The notes beneath the pieces are model-generated. The model had not been told where the DNA came from. It worked only from the letters and a program-made list of their open reading frames with translations, and ran no database searches. 64,000 bases of DNA. Origin: Oligoflexales bacterium. GTDB lineage: Bacteria > Bdellovibrionota_B > Oligoflexia > Oligoflexales > JAPPIL01. The stretch is from assembly GCA_965215515.1 (NCBI GenBank), contig OZ244057.1, positions 1,792,001-1,856,000 of the forward strand, written 5' to 3'. Position numbers and translations under genes: made by a program. Position 1 is the stretch's first letter. Every line of letters begins with the position of its first letter. Shown here in pieces: positions 18,209 through 29,169 of the stretch.

Positions 18209-20011
18209 CTAGTGTTGGTCGATTTTCAAAACAGCCAGAAACGCCTGCTGCGGAATCTCTACCTTGCCAATCTGTTTCATTTTTTTCTTGCCTTCCTTCT
18301 GTTTCTCCAACAGCTTGCGCTTGCGGGTGATATCCCCCCCGTAACACTTGGCAGTCACATCTTTGCGCAGTGCCTGAATCGTCTCCCGCGCAATGATTTT
18401 CGCCCCGATCGCCGCCTGCAAGGGAATTTTAAACATCTGTCGCGGCAGCAGATCTTTGAGTTTTTTGCACAATCCCCTTCCCCGTGCGAAGGCATGACTG
18501 CGGTGCACAATACACGACAAAGCATCGACCACTTCGCCGTTGACAACGATGTCCATCTTCACCAAATCGCCGCGGCGATAATCACATAACTGATAGTCCA
18601 TCGAAGCATAACCGCGTGAAATGCTCTTCAAACGGTCGTGAAAATCAAAAATCATTTCGTTCATCGGAATATCATAGACCAAGCGCACCCTTTTGCTCTT
18701 CGTATACTGCAGGTCTTGTTGCAGGCCGCGGCGTTCGGTCAGCAGAGCTAATACCGCACCGATATAGCTGTCAGGAGTGTGCACCTGCAAAGTCACGTAG
18801 GGTTCTTCGATCCTGTCGATCGTCGCGACATCAGGCATGTGTGCGGGGTTTTCAATCTGTACCATCTCGCCGTGGCGTAGATAAACCCTATACAACACCG
18901 ACGGGGCGGTAAAAATAAGTGCCAGGCCATACTCACGCTCAAGTCTGGCTTGAGCGATTTCCAGATGCAGCAAGCCCAGAAAACCCACCCGAAAACCCAA
19001 CCCTAACGCTGAAGAACTGTCTTTCTCAATGGTTATGCTTGCATCGTTGAGTTGCAGTTTTGCCAAAGACTCACGTAACAGATGGTAGTCATTAGCATCG
19101 ACGGGAAAAATGCCCCCAAAGACCATCTGTACCGCCCGCACGAAACCAGGCAAAGCCTCCGTCGCGGGACGCACCGCATCGGTTACCGTGTCGCCCACCT
19201 CAGTGTCGGCGATGTTCTTGATCGCTCCGCTAAGACAACCGACCTCGCCCGTCCCAAACTCCTCGACAGCCACCGCCTTGGGAGTCAAGCGGTTGAGTTT
19301 CAACACCTCGAACTTCTTACCGCTCGCCATCATCATGATGCGTTGCCCGCGTTGTAGTTTGCCTGACTCGACCCGCAGCAACGACACTGCACCGAGAAAA
19401 GGATCGAACCAACTGTCGAAAATCAATGCCCGCAGAGGTTCGGTACTATTGTCCCGCGGCGGAGCAATGCTACGCACAATCATCCGCAACAACTCTGCCA
19501 CTCCCGCACCTGTCTTGGCACTGACCAGCACCGCATCCTCCGCTTCGATGGCCAACTCGTCCTCGATTTCTCGCCGCACCCGTGCCGCGTCGGCACTAGG
19601 CAAATCTATTTTGTTGATGACAGGCAGTAGATTCAAGTTGAGATGCATCGCCATTTCAACGTTAGCCACCGTCTGTGCCTCAACCCCCTGGGTGGCATCG
19701 ACCACTACCAACGCTCCTTCACAGGCGGCGAGACTGCGCGAGACCTCGTAGCTGAAATCCACATGCCCTGGGGTGTCGATCAAGTTCAACAGATACTCAT
19801 GCCCCGCGTGTCGGTAGCACATCGAAGCCGTCTGTGCCTTGATGGTGATACCACGCTCACGTTCCAGCTCCATACTGTCGAGCACCTGCGCTTTCATCTC
19901 CCGATCCGACAGACTGCCCGTCTCCTCCAGCAAACGGTCGGCCAACGTCGATTTGCCGTGATCGATGTGAGCGATTATGGAAAAATTTCTAATATATTTA
20001 GGATGGTACAT
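18209..20011 (-). CDS. lepA: translation elongation factor 4
   Basis: [35 protein letters not shown]; start ATG 20011. Confidence 0.98.
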   Translation of the reverse strand: MYHPKYIRNFSIIAHIDHGKSTLADRLLEETGSLSDREMKAQVLDSMELERERGITIKAQTASMCYRHAGHEYLLNLIDTPGHVDFSYEVSRSLAACEGALVVVDATQGVEAQTVANVEMAMHLNLNLLPVINKIDLPSADAARVRREIEDELAIEAEDAVLVSAKTGAGVAELLRMIVRSIAPPRDNSTEPLRALIFDSWFDPFLGAVSLLRVESGKLQRGQRIMMMASGKKFEVLKLNRLTPKAVAVEEFGTGEVGCLSGAIKNIADTEVGDTVTDAVRPATEALPGFVRAVQMVFGGIFPVDANDYHLLRESLAKLQLNDASITIEKDSSSALGLGFRVGFLGLLHLEIAQARLEREYGLALIFTAPSVLYRVYLRHGEMVQIENPAHMPDVATIDRIEEPYVTLQVHTPDSYIGAVLALLTERRGLQQDLQYTKSKRVRLVYDIPMNEMIFDFHDRLKSISRGYASMDYQLCDYRRGDLVKMDIVVNGEVVDALSCIVHRSHAFARGRGLCKKLKDLLPRQMFKIPLQAAIGAKIIARETIQALRKDVTAKCYGGDITRKRKLLEKQKEGKKKMKQIGKVEIPQQAFLAVLKIDQH

Positions 20012-20090
20012 TGAACAGGTAAAAACATAAAGCTTGCAGACTGGCAACAGCGTAGCAAAATCTGCCGCGTATTTCAAGTTGCAGCTTCCC

Positions 20091-21536
20091 TCAAGACAAT
20101 GCCGTAGCCAGCAGACGTGCCTGCCTGTCGCCACCCGCGAGACTATAGGCATCGTAGCCGAATTCCTGCATCCGCTCGGCAACCGCGACACTCAACAAAC
20201 CCGCCTCGCAGTAGACGATGTAGGTCGGCTCGGCAGGCAGGGTGCGGCAAGAAAGCAGCAGCTGGTTGAATTCGTGATGCCGCGCCGCAGGGTAGTGCCA
20301 CCGCTCGTAATCTCGTTTAGAACGACAATCGATGACCACAGCGGTGGAGGGAATGTCGGCACGGCGCAGATGTGTGCTCGTTGCGTGCAATGCGGCAACA
20401 CGATGCACAGGCACGATATGTGCTTGTGCGGCCGCCTCCCGCAGCAGTTGCAGATCGAGTTTTTGTTCTTCAGCTGCGGCACGTTCACCGCTCATGGCGG
20501 TGGCAGGACGTGCCTGGTTGAGTTGGCAGTACTCCCGCACGTGAGCGCTGTGCGCACGGGTGTTTATCTTGGTAGCGAGGGCGATGATCTGCTCCTTGTG
20601 GTAGCCGAGTAGCGGACGCAGCACGGGCAAAGAACAAGCTGGATCGATGGCGGCAAGATTACTGAGCGTTTGCGAGGAGACCTGACCGAGCACCTCACCC
20701 GTGACGATTGCCTGCGCCTGGCGGTGCGTGGCAACGTGCGCAGCGCTGCGGTAGAAAAGACGCTTCAACAACACCTGCTGATAGCGCGGGGCGATTTTGT
20801 GCCGCAAATCAGCGAGCACGGCAGTAAAATCGAGGCAAAAAACCCGTGGCAGATCACCATAACCGCAATTCTGGCACAGCGCTGCAACCACCCGTAAGAC
20901 GCTCAGCTCATGTGCTTTCCCGCCATGGAGGTTGCAAAAAACAAAATCGAGACTCAAACCGCGATTATACATCAGGAAGGATGCCACCGCCGAATCAAAA
21001 CCTCCCGAAATCAAACTGATCGCTCGTCCCCCCGTACCGATCGGCAAACCACTCTGTGCGGTAACAGTGCGGGTAAAAAACAAAGCACACCGCTCCCGTA
21101 TCTCGATATTGACAGTGATATCGGGGTTGTTCAGATCAACTCGTGCCGCGTAAGGTAACAGCGCCGTGCCCACCTCACGGCTGATCTGTGCCGAACTAAA
21201 GGCGTGGGCAGAGCGGCGTTTGGCACGTATCGCAAAACTGTGCCCCACCACACGGGTGCGATAAAATGCGCAGGCATGGGCGACGATAGTCGTGGCTACG
21301 GGGGCGCAGGAAGTGTCGATAGGAGAGTACGAGGCAATGCCCGCCACGTTCTGGAGCGGCGCGAGAGCTTGCTCATCGTCAAGTTCGAGAAAAAACCTGC
21401 TCCACTCATCACGCAACTGGTACGCAGTGCCACGCAATGCCGCGGCGATGTTTCTTTTCAGTTTTTGCTGAAAACGAGCCCGTACCCGCGTCGATTTCAA
21501 CGTGACTTCCGCGCCAATGCGAATCAGAACCAGCAT
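20091..21536 (-). CDS. thiI: tRNA 4-thiouridine synthase with THUMP and C-terminal rhodanese domain
   Basis: SGGFDS PP-loop, [19 protein letters not shown] rhodanese; ATG 21536. Confidence 0.93.
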   Translation of the reverse strand: MLVLIRIGAEVTLKSTRVRARFQQKLKRNIAAALRGTAYQLRDEWSRFFLELDDEQALAPLQNVAGIASYSPIDTSCAPVATTIVAHACAFYRTRVVGHSFAIRAKRRSAHAFSSAQISREVGTALLPYAARVDLNNPDITVNIEIRERCALFFTRTVTAQSGLPIGTGGRAISLISGGFDSAVASFLMYNRGLSLDFVFCNLHGGKAHELSVLRVVAALCQNCGYGDLPRVFCLDFTAVLADLRHKIAPRYQQVLLKRLFYRSAAHVATHRQAQAIVTGEVLGQVSSQTLSNLAAIDPACSLPVLRPLLGYHKEQIIALATKINTRAHSAHVREYCQLNQARPATAMSGERAAAEEQKLDLQLLREAAAQAHIVPVHRVAALHATSTHLRRADIPSTAVVIDCRSKRDYERWHYPAARHHEFNQLLLSCRTLPAEPTYIVYCEAGLLSVAVAERMQEFGYDAYSLAGGDRQARLLATALS

Positions 21537-21668
21537 CTTCGCCCACCTATCAGAGCTCCAATGTAATAAATCGACCGTCAAAATGTCCACCCCCACCAGC
21601 AGTTATCTGTCCACAGTCGTGCAACATCTGCTATAAGGTGATGAGGGGGCTGTTGTGAGGATAGCACT

Positions 21669-22517
21669 ATGCGTAGGATAACGACCTTGAACGAAGGCGA
21701 TGGCAAAATTCTCGTGCGCTACCTGCACGCACAAGGGCTTGAGGTCGTGCTGCGCGCCGAGACACACGGGGTAGATTTTGAACTGTGGGTAGTGGACGAG
21801 GAGCATGGCGACGAGGTGCGGAGAATTCTCGCCGCCTTCCGCCAAGACCCTACCGATGCCCGCTATCGCAACGTCACACCTCGGCCCGCGACAAAAACCT
21901 CGCCCCGCAACCGCTATGTCGATGTACGGACACAGCTTTTTCATCATGCCGCACTGCGCGGAAAACTTACCGCAACGTTGATCGGCATCACCGTATGTGT
22001 CTATCTGCTGCAAGTATCGGGACTAGCCCCGCAATTTATCTCCCTGCTGTATATCTCCGAGTTTGTGCGCCCCTACTTCGTTGAGATTCAGCAAGGTCAA
22101 TTATGGCGGCTAGTTACACCCATTTTTCTACACTTCGGCATCCTGCACGTGCTCTTCAATATGCTGTGGCTGTACACGCTCGGTAATCAGATAGAGCGGC
22201 GGGGCGGACGACGACAGCTCGTGGCACTGGTGCTGGCCATTGCCGTCGCCTCTAACGTCGGACAGTATATCGTCGCTGGCCCCGCGTTCGGGGGGTTCTC
22301 TGGTGTCGTCTACGGAATGCTCGGATATGTGTGGATTATGGCACAGTTTCAGCCCGCCAGCGGTTACGTGATGGATCGTTTCACCATCGGCTTCATGCTG
22401 GTGTGGCTACTGCTCGGGCTAAGCGGTATGTTTGCGGGGATGGCTAACGCCGCGCACCTCTTCGGTCTGCTCAGCGGAGTGCTTTGGGGGTTGTACAGAA
22501 CGAGGAAAAAAGCATGA
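21669..22517 (+). CDS. glpG: rhomboid family intramembrane serine protease
   Basis: LWRLVTPIFLH, HVLFN, GFSG, NAAHLFG. Confidence 0.92.
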   Translation: MRRITTLNEGDGKILVRYLHAQGLEVVLRAETHGVDFELWVVDEEHGDEVRRILAAFRQDPTDARYRNVTPRPATKTSPRNRYVDVRTQLFHHAALRGKLTATLIGITVCVYLLQVSGLAPQFISLLYISEFVRPYFVEIQQGQLWRLVTPIFLHFGILHVLFNMLWLYTLGNQIERRGGRRQLVALVLAIAVASNVGQYIVAGPAFGGFSGVVYGMLGYVWIMAQFQPASGYVMDRFTIGFMLVWLLLGLSGMFAGMANAAHLFGLLSGVLWGLYRTRKKA

Positions 22518-23221
22518 CGCGGGACACACTGATACTGAAACACGACAGAAAGTGGAGCTTTGGCAGAGCACAGGTAGCGAGCAACTTCGACGTGCACGTG
22601 GCAAACTCCGTGCCACTCTACCACCACAGTCACGATTTAATTTGCGCCTTTGCAGAATTTTATCTCAGCGAAGGTTCGTTGTGCTACGATCTCGGTTGTG
22701 CCACAGGTCGGCTCAGTGCTCGCCTCGCCGCCTGCCACCCACAGGTCACCATCAAGGCCATCGATATCGAGCCGCGCATGCTCGCACGTGCCGCGGCGAC
22801 GCATTGCCGTGCCTCAGCTAACGTCGAGTTATTGACCGCAGACATCACGCAGTTTGAGTACGTCACCGCCGATCTGATGATCGCCTGCTACACGCTACAA
22901 TTTGTCAAACCGCGTCTGCGTCCTGCCCTGCTGCACAAAATTTATCGTAACCTGCAGCCTGGCGGGACACTGCTACTGTTCGAAAAAGTTATCGCCGCCG
23001 ATGCCGCCCTACAGGAGATGACCGCCCTTATCCACACCAACTTCAAGCTGGCACACGGCTGTCAACCCGAACAGGTAATCGCCAAAGCCAACAGTTTGCG
23101 CGGTGTACAGCAACCGCTGACTGCCGCGGCCAACAGAAAAATGCTGCGTGCGGCAGGTTTTTCACGCGTCTTTACGGTAATGAAGTACCTATGCTTCGAG
23201 GGTTATCTGGCTAGCAAGTAA
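22514..23221 (+). CDS. CmoA-like SAM-dependent methyltransferase
   Basis: FDVHVANSVPLY, YDLGCATG, YTLQF, LFEK; ATGA overlap with glpG. Confidence 0.8.
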   Translation: MTRDTLILKHDRKWSFGRAQVASNFDVHVANSVPLYHHSHDLICAFAEFYLSEGSLCYDLGCATGRLSARLAACHPQVTIKAIDIEPRMLARAAATHCRASANVELLTADITQFEYVTADLMIACYTLQFVKPRLRPALLHKIYRNLQPGGTLLLFEKVIAADAALQEMTALIHTNFKLAHGCQPEQVIAKANSLRGVQQPLTAAANRKMLRAAGFSRVFTVMKYLCFEGYLASK

Positions 23222-23296
23222 GAGACGGTGACAGGGCAAGGAGATATTGCTTTCGTGCTGCACGGCGGCTATGCTCGCCGTCTCAGGAGAGAGAAG

Positions 23297-24244
23297 ATGC
23301 CCACACCTCCACCGTCACAACCCGCACTCGCTGCCTTCGGTATTTCCAAAAAGTTTGCTGACCTGCAGGCGGTCAACAAGGTCGACCTCAAGCTAGCCCA
23401 AGGGCAGTGTTTTGCTTTACTGGGACGCAACGGTGCGGGCAAGACCACCATCTGTGAAATGTTGGTCGGAGTCGTCGCTCCTGACCGCGGCTGTATCGAA
23501 ATCTTCGGCCAGCCTTTTCACGCGCACGTCCCCGACAAACGTGCCATGCTGGAAAACATCGGCGTGCTCTCGCAGGAGACACAGCTCTACCAAAAATTTA
23601 CCGTACGCGAAACACTTGCCCTGTTCGCTAGCTTCTATGCACGTAGCCTCGCAGTCACAACGGTGTTGACACTGATGGCCTTGCATGACAAGCGTGACAA
23701 GCGGCTGGAACAGCTGTCGGGGGGAGAACGGCAACGTGCTTATCTCGGTGCAGCACTGGTCGGCAATCCCGATCTGCTGTTTCTCGACGAACCGACAACA
23801 GGGCTCGATCCGTTGTCGCGCAAAAATGTTTGGGAAATTATCGAGGATTTGAAACGACGCGGGAAAAGTATCTTTCTGACCACGCACTACATGGAGGAAG
23901 CGGCACAGCTGGCAGATGAGATCGCCATCATCGAACGAGGGGAGATAGTTGCACACGGCGAGCCGCGGCAGTTGATTAAGCGTTACTGCGAGGAAGATGT
24001 CATCAGCGTGCAGCTTGACAGATCTCTGCCGTTGGACGATGTGCAAGCTTTGCAACCCCGTTTTCCCCTCGCACGAGAACTTAAACCGCAGCACTACGAA
24101 TTGAAAACATCAGAGACTTTCAAGGCAATCAAGTATTTGATCACCCTCTGCGACCAGCTCGGTATCGTCATTCAGGCGATGGAATTCAGGAAGAGTACGT
24201 TGGAGGATGTCTTTTTTCAGTTGACAGGCAAGAAACTACCATGA
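23297..24244 (+). CDS. ABC transporter ATP-binding protein (ABC-2/DrrA-like)
   Basis: GRNGAGKTT, LSGGERQR, FLDEPT, TTHYMEEA; ATG 23297 after AGGAG. Confidence 0.93.
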   Translation: MPTPPPSQPALAAFGISKKFADLQAVNKVDLKLAQGQCFALLGRNGAGKTTICEMLVGVVAPDRGCIEIFGQPFHAHVPDKRAMLENIGVLSQETQLYQKFTVRETLALFASFYARSLAVTTVLTLMALHDKRDKRLEQLSGGERQRAYLGAALVGNPDLLFLDEPTTGLDPLSRKNVWEIIEDLKRRGKSIFLTTHYMEEAAQLADEIAIIERGEIVAHGEPRQLIKRYCEEDVISVQLDRSLPLDDVQALQPRFPLARELKPQHYELKTSETFKAIKYLITLCDQLGIVIQAMEFRKSTLEDVFFQLTGKKLP

Positions 24245-25290
24245 AGACGAACTGTCCTCGGCTGTGGTGCAGCGCTCTGCGGGAAAACGTTTTCTGCCGT
24301 TGGCGGGAATTTTTGCGCGAGCCGTCGGCAATCTTATTCGTCGTCATCATGCCACCGTTGTGGATCGCTATTCTTGGCACGATCTTCAGCTCTACCGCAG
24401 CCCCGCACTACGACATCGGTGTGGTGCGGAACAGTACTCCAGCGGTGGTGGAGACGTTGCGTGCCGATGCGGCCCTGAGATTGCGTGAGGGGGCACTGGA
24501 TGAACTCTTGCACGCCGCAAGCCAAGGCGAGGTGCTGACTATCGTGCAAGCCGCTGGCGAGCAGGTGGTTTATTACCTCGACAGCAAGAACCAGGACAGC
24601 GTAGGGGCGAAGCTTTACGTCGATAACAAGATTCAGCATTTTTTTCAGCGTCGCGATGCCGTGCCCACACTGGACAAGCCTGCCCCGCCTCGCACGCGCT
24701 ACGTTGATTTCTTCATCCCTGGCCTGCTAGCGTTCAGTATTATGAGTTCCAGCTTCTACGGCGTGGGGATGACGATCGTCTCCAATCGCCGTGAAAATTT
24801 ACTGAAACGCTACCTGGTTACACCGATGCCCCCGCTGGTCTACATTTTGTCACACATCATCGGCCGTCTGCTGGTCTTGCTGGTGGAAATCGTCATCATC
24901 GTGTTGTCTGGCATGCTGCTGTTCGATTTTGAGATCGCAGGTAATCCCCTCAGTTTCATCGCCTACGCCGTCATCGGCACGGCGACCTTCACCGCCCTCG
25001 CAACCCTATTGAGCAGTAGAGGGCGTAACATCTCCACCTGCTACAGCCTTATCAACCTGATTACCTTGCCGCTCGCCCTGTTCTCGGGTGTGTGGTTTGA
25101 CACGGCTTGGCTACCGCGTTGGCTGGCCACCATCTGCTCGTGGTTACCGCTTACCCCGTTGGCAGAGGGACTGCGAAGCATCGCCGTCGGTGGTACGAGC
25201 ATCGCCGCCCTAATACCACAACTACTGCTCATGTTTGCCTACACGGTAGCGGCAGCACTCTGCGCCAGAATGCTGTTCAAGTGGTACTGA
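24241..25290 (+). CDS. ABC-2 type transporter permease
   Basis: YVDFFIPG, LKRYLVTP, FSGVWF, LPLT; ATGA overlap. Confidence 0.9.
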   Translation: MKTNCPRLWCSALRENVFCRWREFLREPSAILFVVIMPPLWIAILGTIFSSTAAPHYDIGVVRNSTPAVVETLRADAALRLREGALDELLHAASQGEVLTIVQAAGEQVVYYLDSKNQDSVGAKLYVDNKIQHFFQRRDAVPTLDKPAPPRTRYVDFFIPGLLAFSIMSSSFYGVGMTIVSNRRENLLKRYLVTPMPPLVYILSHIIGRLLVLLVEIVIIVLSGMLLFDFEIAGNPLSFIAYAVIGTATFTALATLLSSRGRNISTCYSLINLITLPLALFSGVWFDTAWLPRWLATICSWLPLTPLAEGLRSIAVGGTSIAALIPQLLLMFAYTVAAALCARMLFKWY

Positions 25291-25898
25291 TAGGTAACCA
25301 CGCCACGTCGTTTGTCAACGCCTACACCCAAGGCCTGCTCTGCCTGCACCCTACCGACACCCTGGTAGGCTTAACAAGCAATGATTACGCCGCCCTCACG
25401 GCCTACAAACAACGTCCGCCACAGCATGGTTACGTGCACCTTGCGGCTGGCTTCGAGCACGCCTGCCGCGCTTGGCAACCACTGCCTGCGTCATGGGATA
25501 AGCTCCTGCAGACAATCTGGCCTGCACCCCTGACCGTCGTCTGGCAAGCCGCCAGCCCCACACAACCAGGCACCCAAGACGGATGGCTGGCAATCCGTGT
25601 GCCACGTCTGTTCCCGCCACACAAAAAATGGTTCGCTACCTGTCTGCACACCCTGCAACTTATTCCCAGCACCAGCGTCAATACCCATCGTCACACACCG
25701 CTAACTCCCGCGGTAGCGAGCAGACAATTACAAGACGATGCACGCATACATGTGCCCGTACCGCTACAACTAACCACCAACAACACCCTTGCTACTCCCT
25801 CCACCCTCATTAAACTGCAGCACGACGGTAGCTGGCAACTGCTGCGGCGCGGTGCGTACGCCACCACCCACCTGCCCGATTGCTGCAACAACCTCTGA
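25281..25898 (+). CDS. tsaC: Sua5/YrdC family threonylcarbamoyl-AMP synthase (divergent)
   Basis: HPTDTLVGL, KQRP, WPAPLTVV, AIRVP, STSVN, PST; GTG 25281. Confidence 0.8.
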   Translation: MVLIGNHATSFVNAYTQGLLCLHPTDTLVGLTSNDYAALTAYKQRPPQHGYVHLAAGFEHACRAWQPLPASWDKLLQTIWPAPLTVVWQAASPTQPGTQDGWLAIRVPRLFPPHKKWFATCLHTLQLIPSTSVNTHRHTPLTPAVASRQLQDDARIHVPVPLQLTTNNTLATPSTLIKLQHDGSWQLLRRGAYATTHLPDCCNNL

Positions 25899-25921
25899 AG
25901 CAAGACCCATAGAAACACAAA

Positions 25922-27220
25922 TCATAACTTGATGACATTGATGTTACGCACATAAATGTGGCGTGCTCGTGCCTCTGTTGCCGCAGGTGATTGCTGACGA
26001 TTGACAAAGACAGATTGTAAACCGAGACGCTGCTCGCCTTGCGGGAAACGGGTCAAATCAAAGTAAACGGCAACATTGACACGCTGGCTAGGAGGTGCGC
26101 TCGCCCTGTGCTGTGCAAGACGGGCAGCGGGCAGATTAGTGGTGAACAACGCAGGAGCAAAACTATTGGCACGCAGGCGCGCATTACTGTGCATGTTAAC
26201 CAACACCGCATATTCAGGAGCGTGCATGCCTAGCCAGTAGCGCAACCGTGCGCTGTGTCGCTCACTCTGTGCGGAACGGTAGCGAGGCATGTTGGTCTCG
26301 ATACGCATCGTTTGCGGGTTCTCAACGAGAGCAAAACCGTAATACATCTCGCTGCCACGGTTAAGCACCTTGCGATTGTCAAACGGTGCATAAATAAGCG
26401 CAGGCAAATGCAACGAGTCAGCAAAAAAAGACATCTCGGTAAAAAACCCTGGATTGAACTTGAGTTTGAGAATTTTCCACACAAAATCAACCCTGATAAC
26501 CGTGCGTATCGGCCCCGCTCGCCACGCGGACATTTTGGTTTCTATGGTGTCCTGGTTTTCTTCAAAAGTAAGAAAATACTTAAAATCAAGCTTCAGATAA
26601 AAACTCGACCAATCGATCAACGAAACATGCTTGCGGCCTAATTTAAACAACACCTCTTCAATGGCAAGATAGTTACGCTTGTTTAAACTCAACCGATAGT
26701 TGGCCGTCTCAACAGTCGATGTCATCTGGTTGAATTGCACATAGGACTCAGCCGTAAGAGGAGGAGGACTTTTGAGAAAAATAGCGACATAAAAAGTATT
26801 ATGCTGCCCACGACGGCTAGTGACCACCTCGTAAACACGGAAAGGTTTGTTGCTGAAAGGCCAATGTATGGGTGGCTGACGAATCCCGAGGTCGCCGCTC
26901 ATCAACGATAACTCATCGAGACGATCGAAAATATAATTAGCCTTATCATGAGGACGATCGCTGCCGAAAACAAAATCGCCGTAGACGTTCATTTCGTCGA
27001 TTTGAAAAGGAATTGCCACCGCCCTGCCGTCGGGTGCAGTCCTGAACACACGCAGGAAAGAAACAGGGTAGTTAACGATAGGATCGATATCTTCTGCCCT
27101 GAAAACTATCGGCACGGAAGGCAGAACAAGCTGAGGTGGAGCACTGCCATTGGCCAGCACACCGTCTGCCCTACCGACGTAGAGCACCGTCAGCATGACA
27201 TACGCTAGTCTCATCCGCAC
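25922..27220 (-). CDS. hypothetical exported protein
   Basis: 432-aa ORF, signal peptide, GGGAGG RBS; IPFQIDE, GPIR motifs. Confidence 0.7.
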   Translation of the reverse strand: MRMRLAYVMLTVLYVGRADGVLANGSAPPQLVLPSVPIVFRAEDIDPIVNYPVSFLRVFRTAPDGRAVAIPFQIDEMNVYGDFVFGSDRPHDKANYIFDRLDELSLMSGDLGIRQPPIHWPFSNKPFRVYEVVTSRRGQHNTFYVAIFLKSPPPLTAESYVQFNQMTSTVETANYRLSLNKRNYLAIEEVLFKLGRKHVSLIDWSSFYLKLDFKYFLTFEENQDTIETKMSAWRAGPIRTVIRVDFVWKILKLKFNPGFFTEMSFFADSLHLPALIYAPFDNRKVLNRGSEMYYGFALVENPQTMRIETNMPRYRSAQSERHSARLRYWLGMHAPEYAVLVNMHSNARLRANSFAPALFTTNLPAARLAQHRASAPPSQRVNVAVYFDLTRFPQGEQRLGLQSVFVNRQQSPAATEARARHIYVRNINVIKL

Positions 27221-27553
27221 CCTCCCTCAATGACTGCACCACCGCCTTAGATTCTACCCGTTCTCCTAACCGTTGTGCAAAGTATAAATCCCCAGACAGA
27301 GAGGTCGCGATCGTCGCTCACGAGGGGCGCAGCGAACTTGTCGCATAACTCAGCAGGCAACAGGCGCGCCAGCAAGGGAGAGTTCGCTGACGCACCATCT
27401 CCAGCCGAGAATTCCAACCGTACCCGCGCTGGAATGCCATCGCAGCACCGTATGCTTAGACGGTCGGAATTTTTCAAAAATTATAAAAAAATAAGAAATT
27501 TAACTTTTAATTCAATGTTTTACGTCGATACTTTGCTGTAATTTGATGAAGAA

Positions 27554-29062
27554 TTAAATTCTGACAATTTGGTATGGTTCGCGTTCCCACGCGGGGTCGT
27601 GCCAAGGTAAGGCGAGCAATTCGATACGGATGCTGAATTTTTTTTGCAGATGGTCGAGGTGTTTTTTTTCTTCGCTAGTGATAAAGCGGTAGATATCCTC
27701 CCTGACCCTCAGCTGCATGCGGTTGGTTTTAGTGTGGTGGTAGATACGGTGCACATCGCGAAAAAGTTCGTAGGCGATAGTGGCGTTGCTCTTTTGATGG
27801 CCGCGTCCCTCGCAGGCAGGGCAGGTGGTGGTGAGCGTTTTTTCTAATGATTCACGCGTGCGCTTTCTTGTCATCTGTACTAGCCCGATATCGCTAATTT
27901 TTAAAATACTGGTGCGTGCCTTGTCATATTTCATCTGTTGTAGCAGAGCGTTGTAGACTTTATCACGATCGGCTTGGGTGTCCATGTCGATAAAGTCGAT
28001 AACGATAATACCGCCTATGTCTCGCAATCTAATCTGCGTAGCAACGACCTTGACCGCTTCGAGATTGGTCAACAAAATGGTCTTGCTGGGGTTTTTGCGC
28101 CCTGTATACTTGCCTGTATTGATGTCGAAGGTTGTCAGTGCTTCCGTCTCGTCGACTACCACAAAACCGCCTGAAGGCAAGTCGACACGTGCCTGCAAGG
28201 CCAGGTCTATGTCCCGCTCGATACCGTAGATGTCGAAGACGGGTACATTGCCACGATAAAACTCAATCTTGGCAGTTGAATTGTCGTCAATTTTTTTAAA
28301 AAAAGCCAGTAACTCTCGGTGGCTACTTTCATTATCGACGACTATTTTTTGCACTTCGTCGGTGTACAGATCGCGCGCCACCCGTGTGACAATGGAATAG
28401 TCCATGTGTAGCAGATGAGGGCTTTTGCCACTGTCCTTGCGGGCGGTCATTTTTTCCCATAGTTCCGTCAAGTAGAGCAGATCACGGTGCAGATGTTCCC
28501 TTCCTACCTTTTCTGCTGCGGTGCGTACGATAATACCCAGCGGCTTTTCTCTGATACTGCTGATCAGTTCACGCAACCGCCGTCGCTCTGTTTCGCTGGC
28601 GATTTTGCGTGATACCCCCGTGCGGGAGGAGGCGGGCAACAGCACTAGGTAGCGCCCTGGCACTGCTACCCCCATTGTCAAGCGCGGCCCTTTCGAGCCA
28701 TATGACTCCTTGATGACCTGCACGACGATCCGTTGCCCTTCCCGAATCAGTTTCTCGATCGGTTGTTGGTTGGCGGGGTAAGGACTGTCACCTTCTTCCT
28801 CGTCGTCGGCGACCTCCGCACCCAGCGCATCTTTTGCGTAAAGGAAGCCTGCCTGTCCGACTCCGATATCGACGAAGGCCGACTGCATGCCAGGCAAGAC
28901 ACGGATGACTCTACCGAGATAGACATTGCCGACGATGCTTTGTTTGTGGTGGCGCTCGATATGAATGTTGACCAGCTCGTCTCGCTCCAGCAAGGCGATG
29001 CGTGTTTCAGAGACACTGGCGTTGATGATTATCTGTTTAGTTGCCACGTTCTTCGTGTCCAA
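27554..29062 (-). CDS. rng: ribonuclease G (Rne/Rng family)
   Basis: GNVYLGRVIRVLPGMQSAFVDIG, DINTG, GGIIVIDFIDM, CPACEGRG. Confidence 0.95.
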   Translation of the reverse strand: MDTKNVATKQIIINASVSETRIALLERDELVNIHIERHHKQSIVGNVYLGRVIRVLPGMQSAFVDIGVGQAGFLYAKDALGAEVADDEEEGDSPYPANQQPIEKLIREGQRIVVQVIKESYGSKGPRLTMGVAVPGRYLVLLPASSRTGVSRKIASETERRRLRELISSIREKPLGIIVRTAAEKVGREHLHRDLLYLTELWEKMTARKDSGKSPHLLHMDYSIVTRVARDLYTDEVQKIVVDNESSHRELLAFFKKIDDNSTAKIEFYRGNVPVFDIYGIERDIDLALQARVDLPSGGFVVVDETEALTTFDINTGKYTGRKNPSKTILLTNLEAVKVVATQIRLRDIGGIIVIDFIDMDTQADRDKVYNALLQQMKYDKARTSILKISDIGLVQMTRKRTRESLEKTLTTTCPACEGRGHQKSNATIAYELFRDVHRIYHHTKTNRMQLRVREDIYRFITSEEKKHLDHLQKKFSIRIELLALPWHDPAWEREPYQIVRI

Positions 29063-29169
29063 GACGGCATCCCATACCCACTGATTAGAGCACTTTTAGG
29101 ACAAAATATGCAAGGATACTTTATCAATCCAGCCAAATGCTGTTATGATGAAGCTAGGAGGCGAGGCGT

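Noticed and set aside
20012..20191. 60-aa N-terminal extension of LepA
   Set aside because: Overlaps the thiI 3' end; LepA similarity begins at ATG 20011
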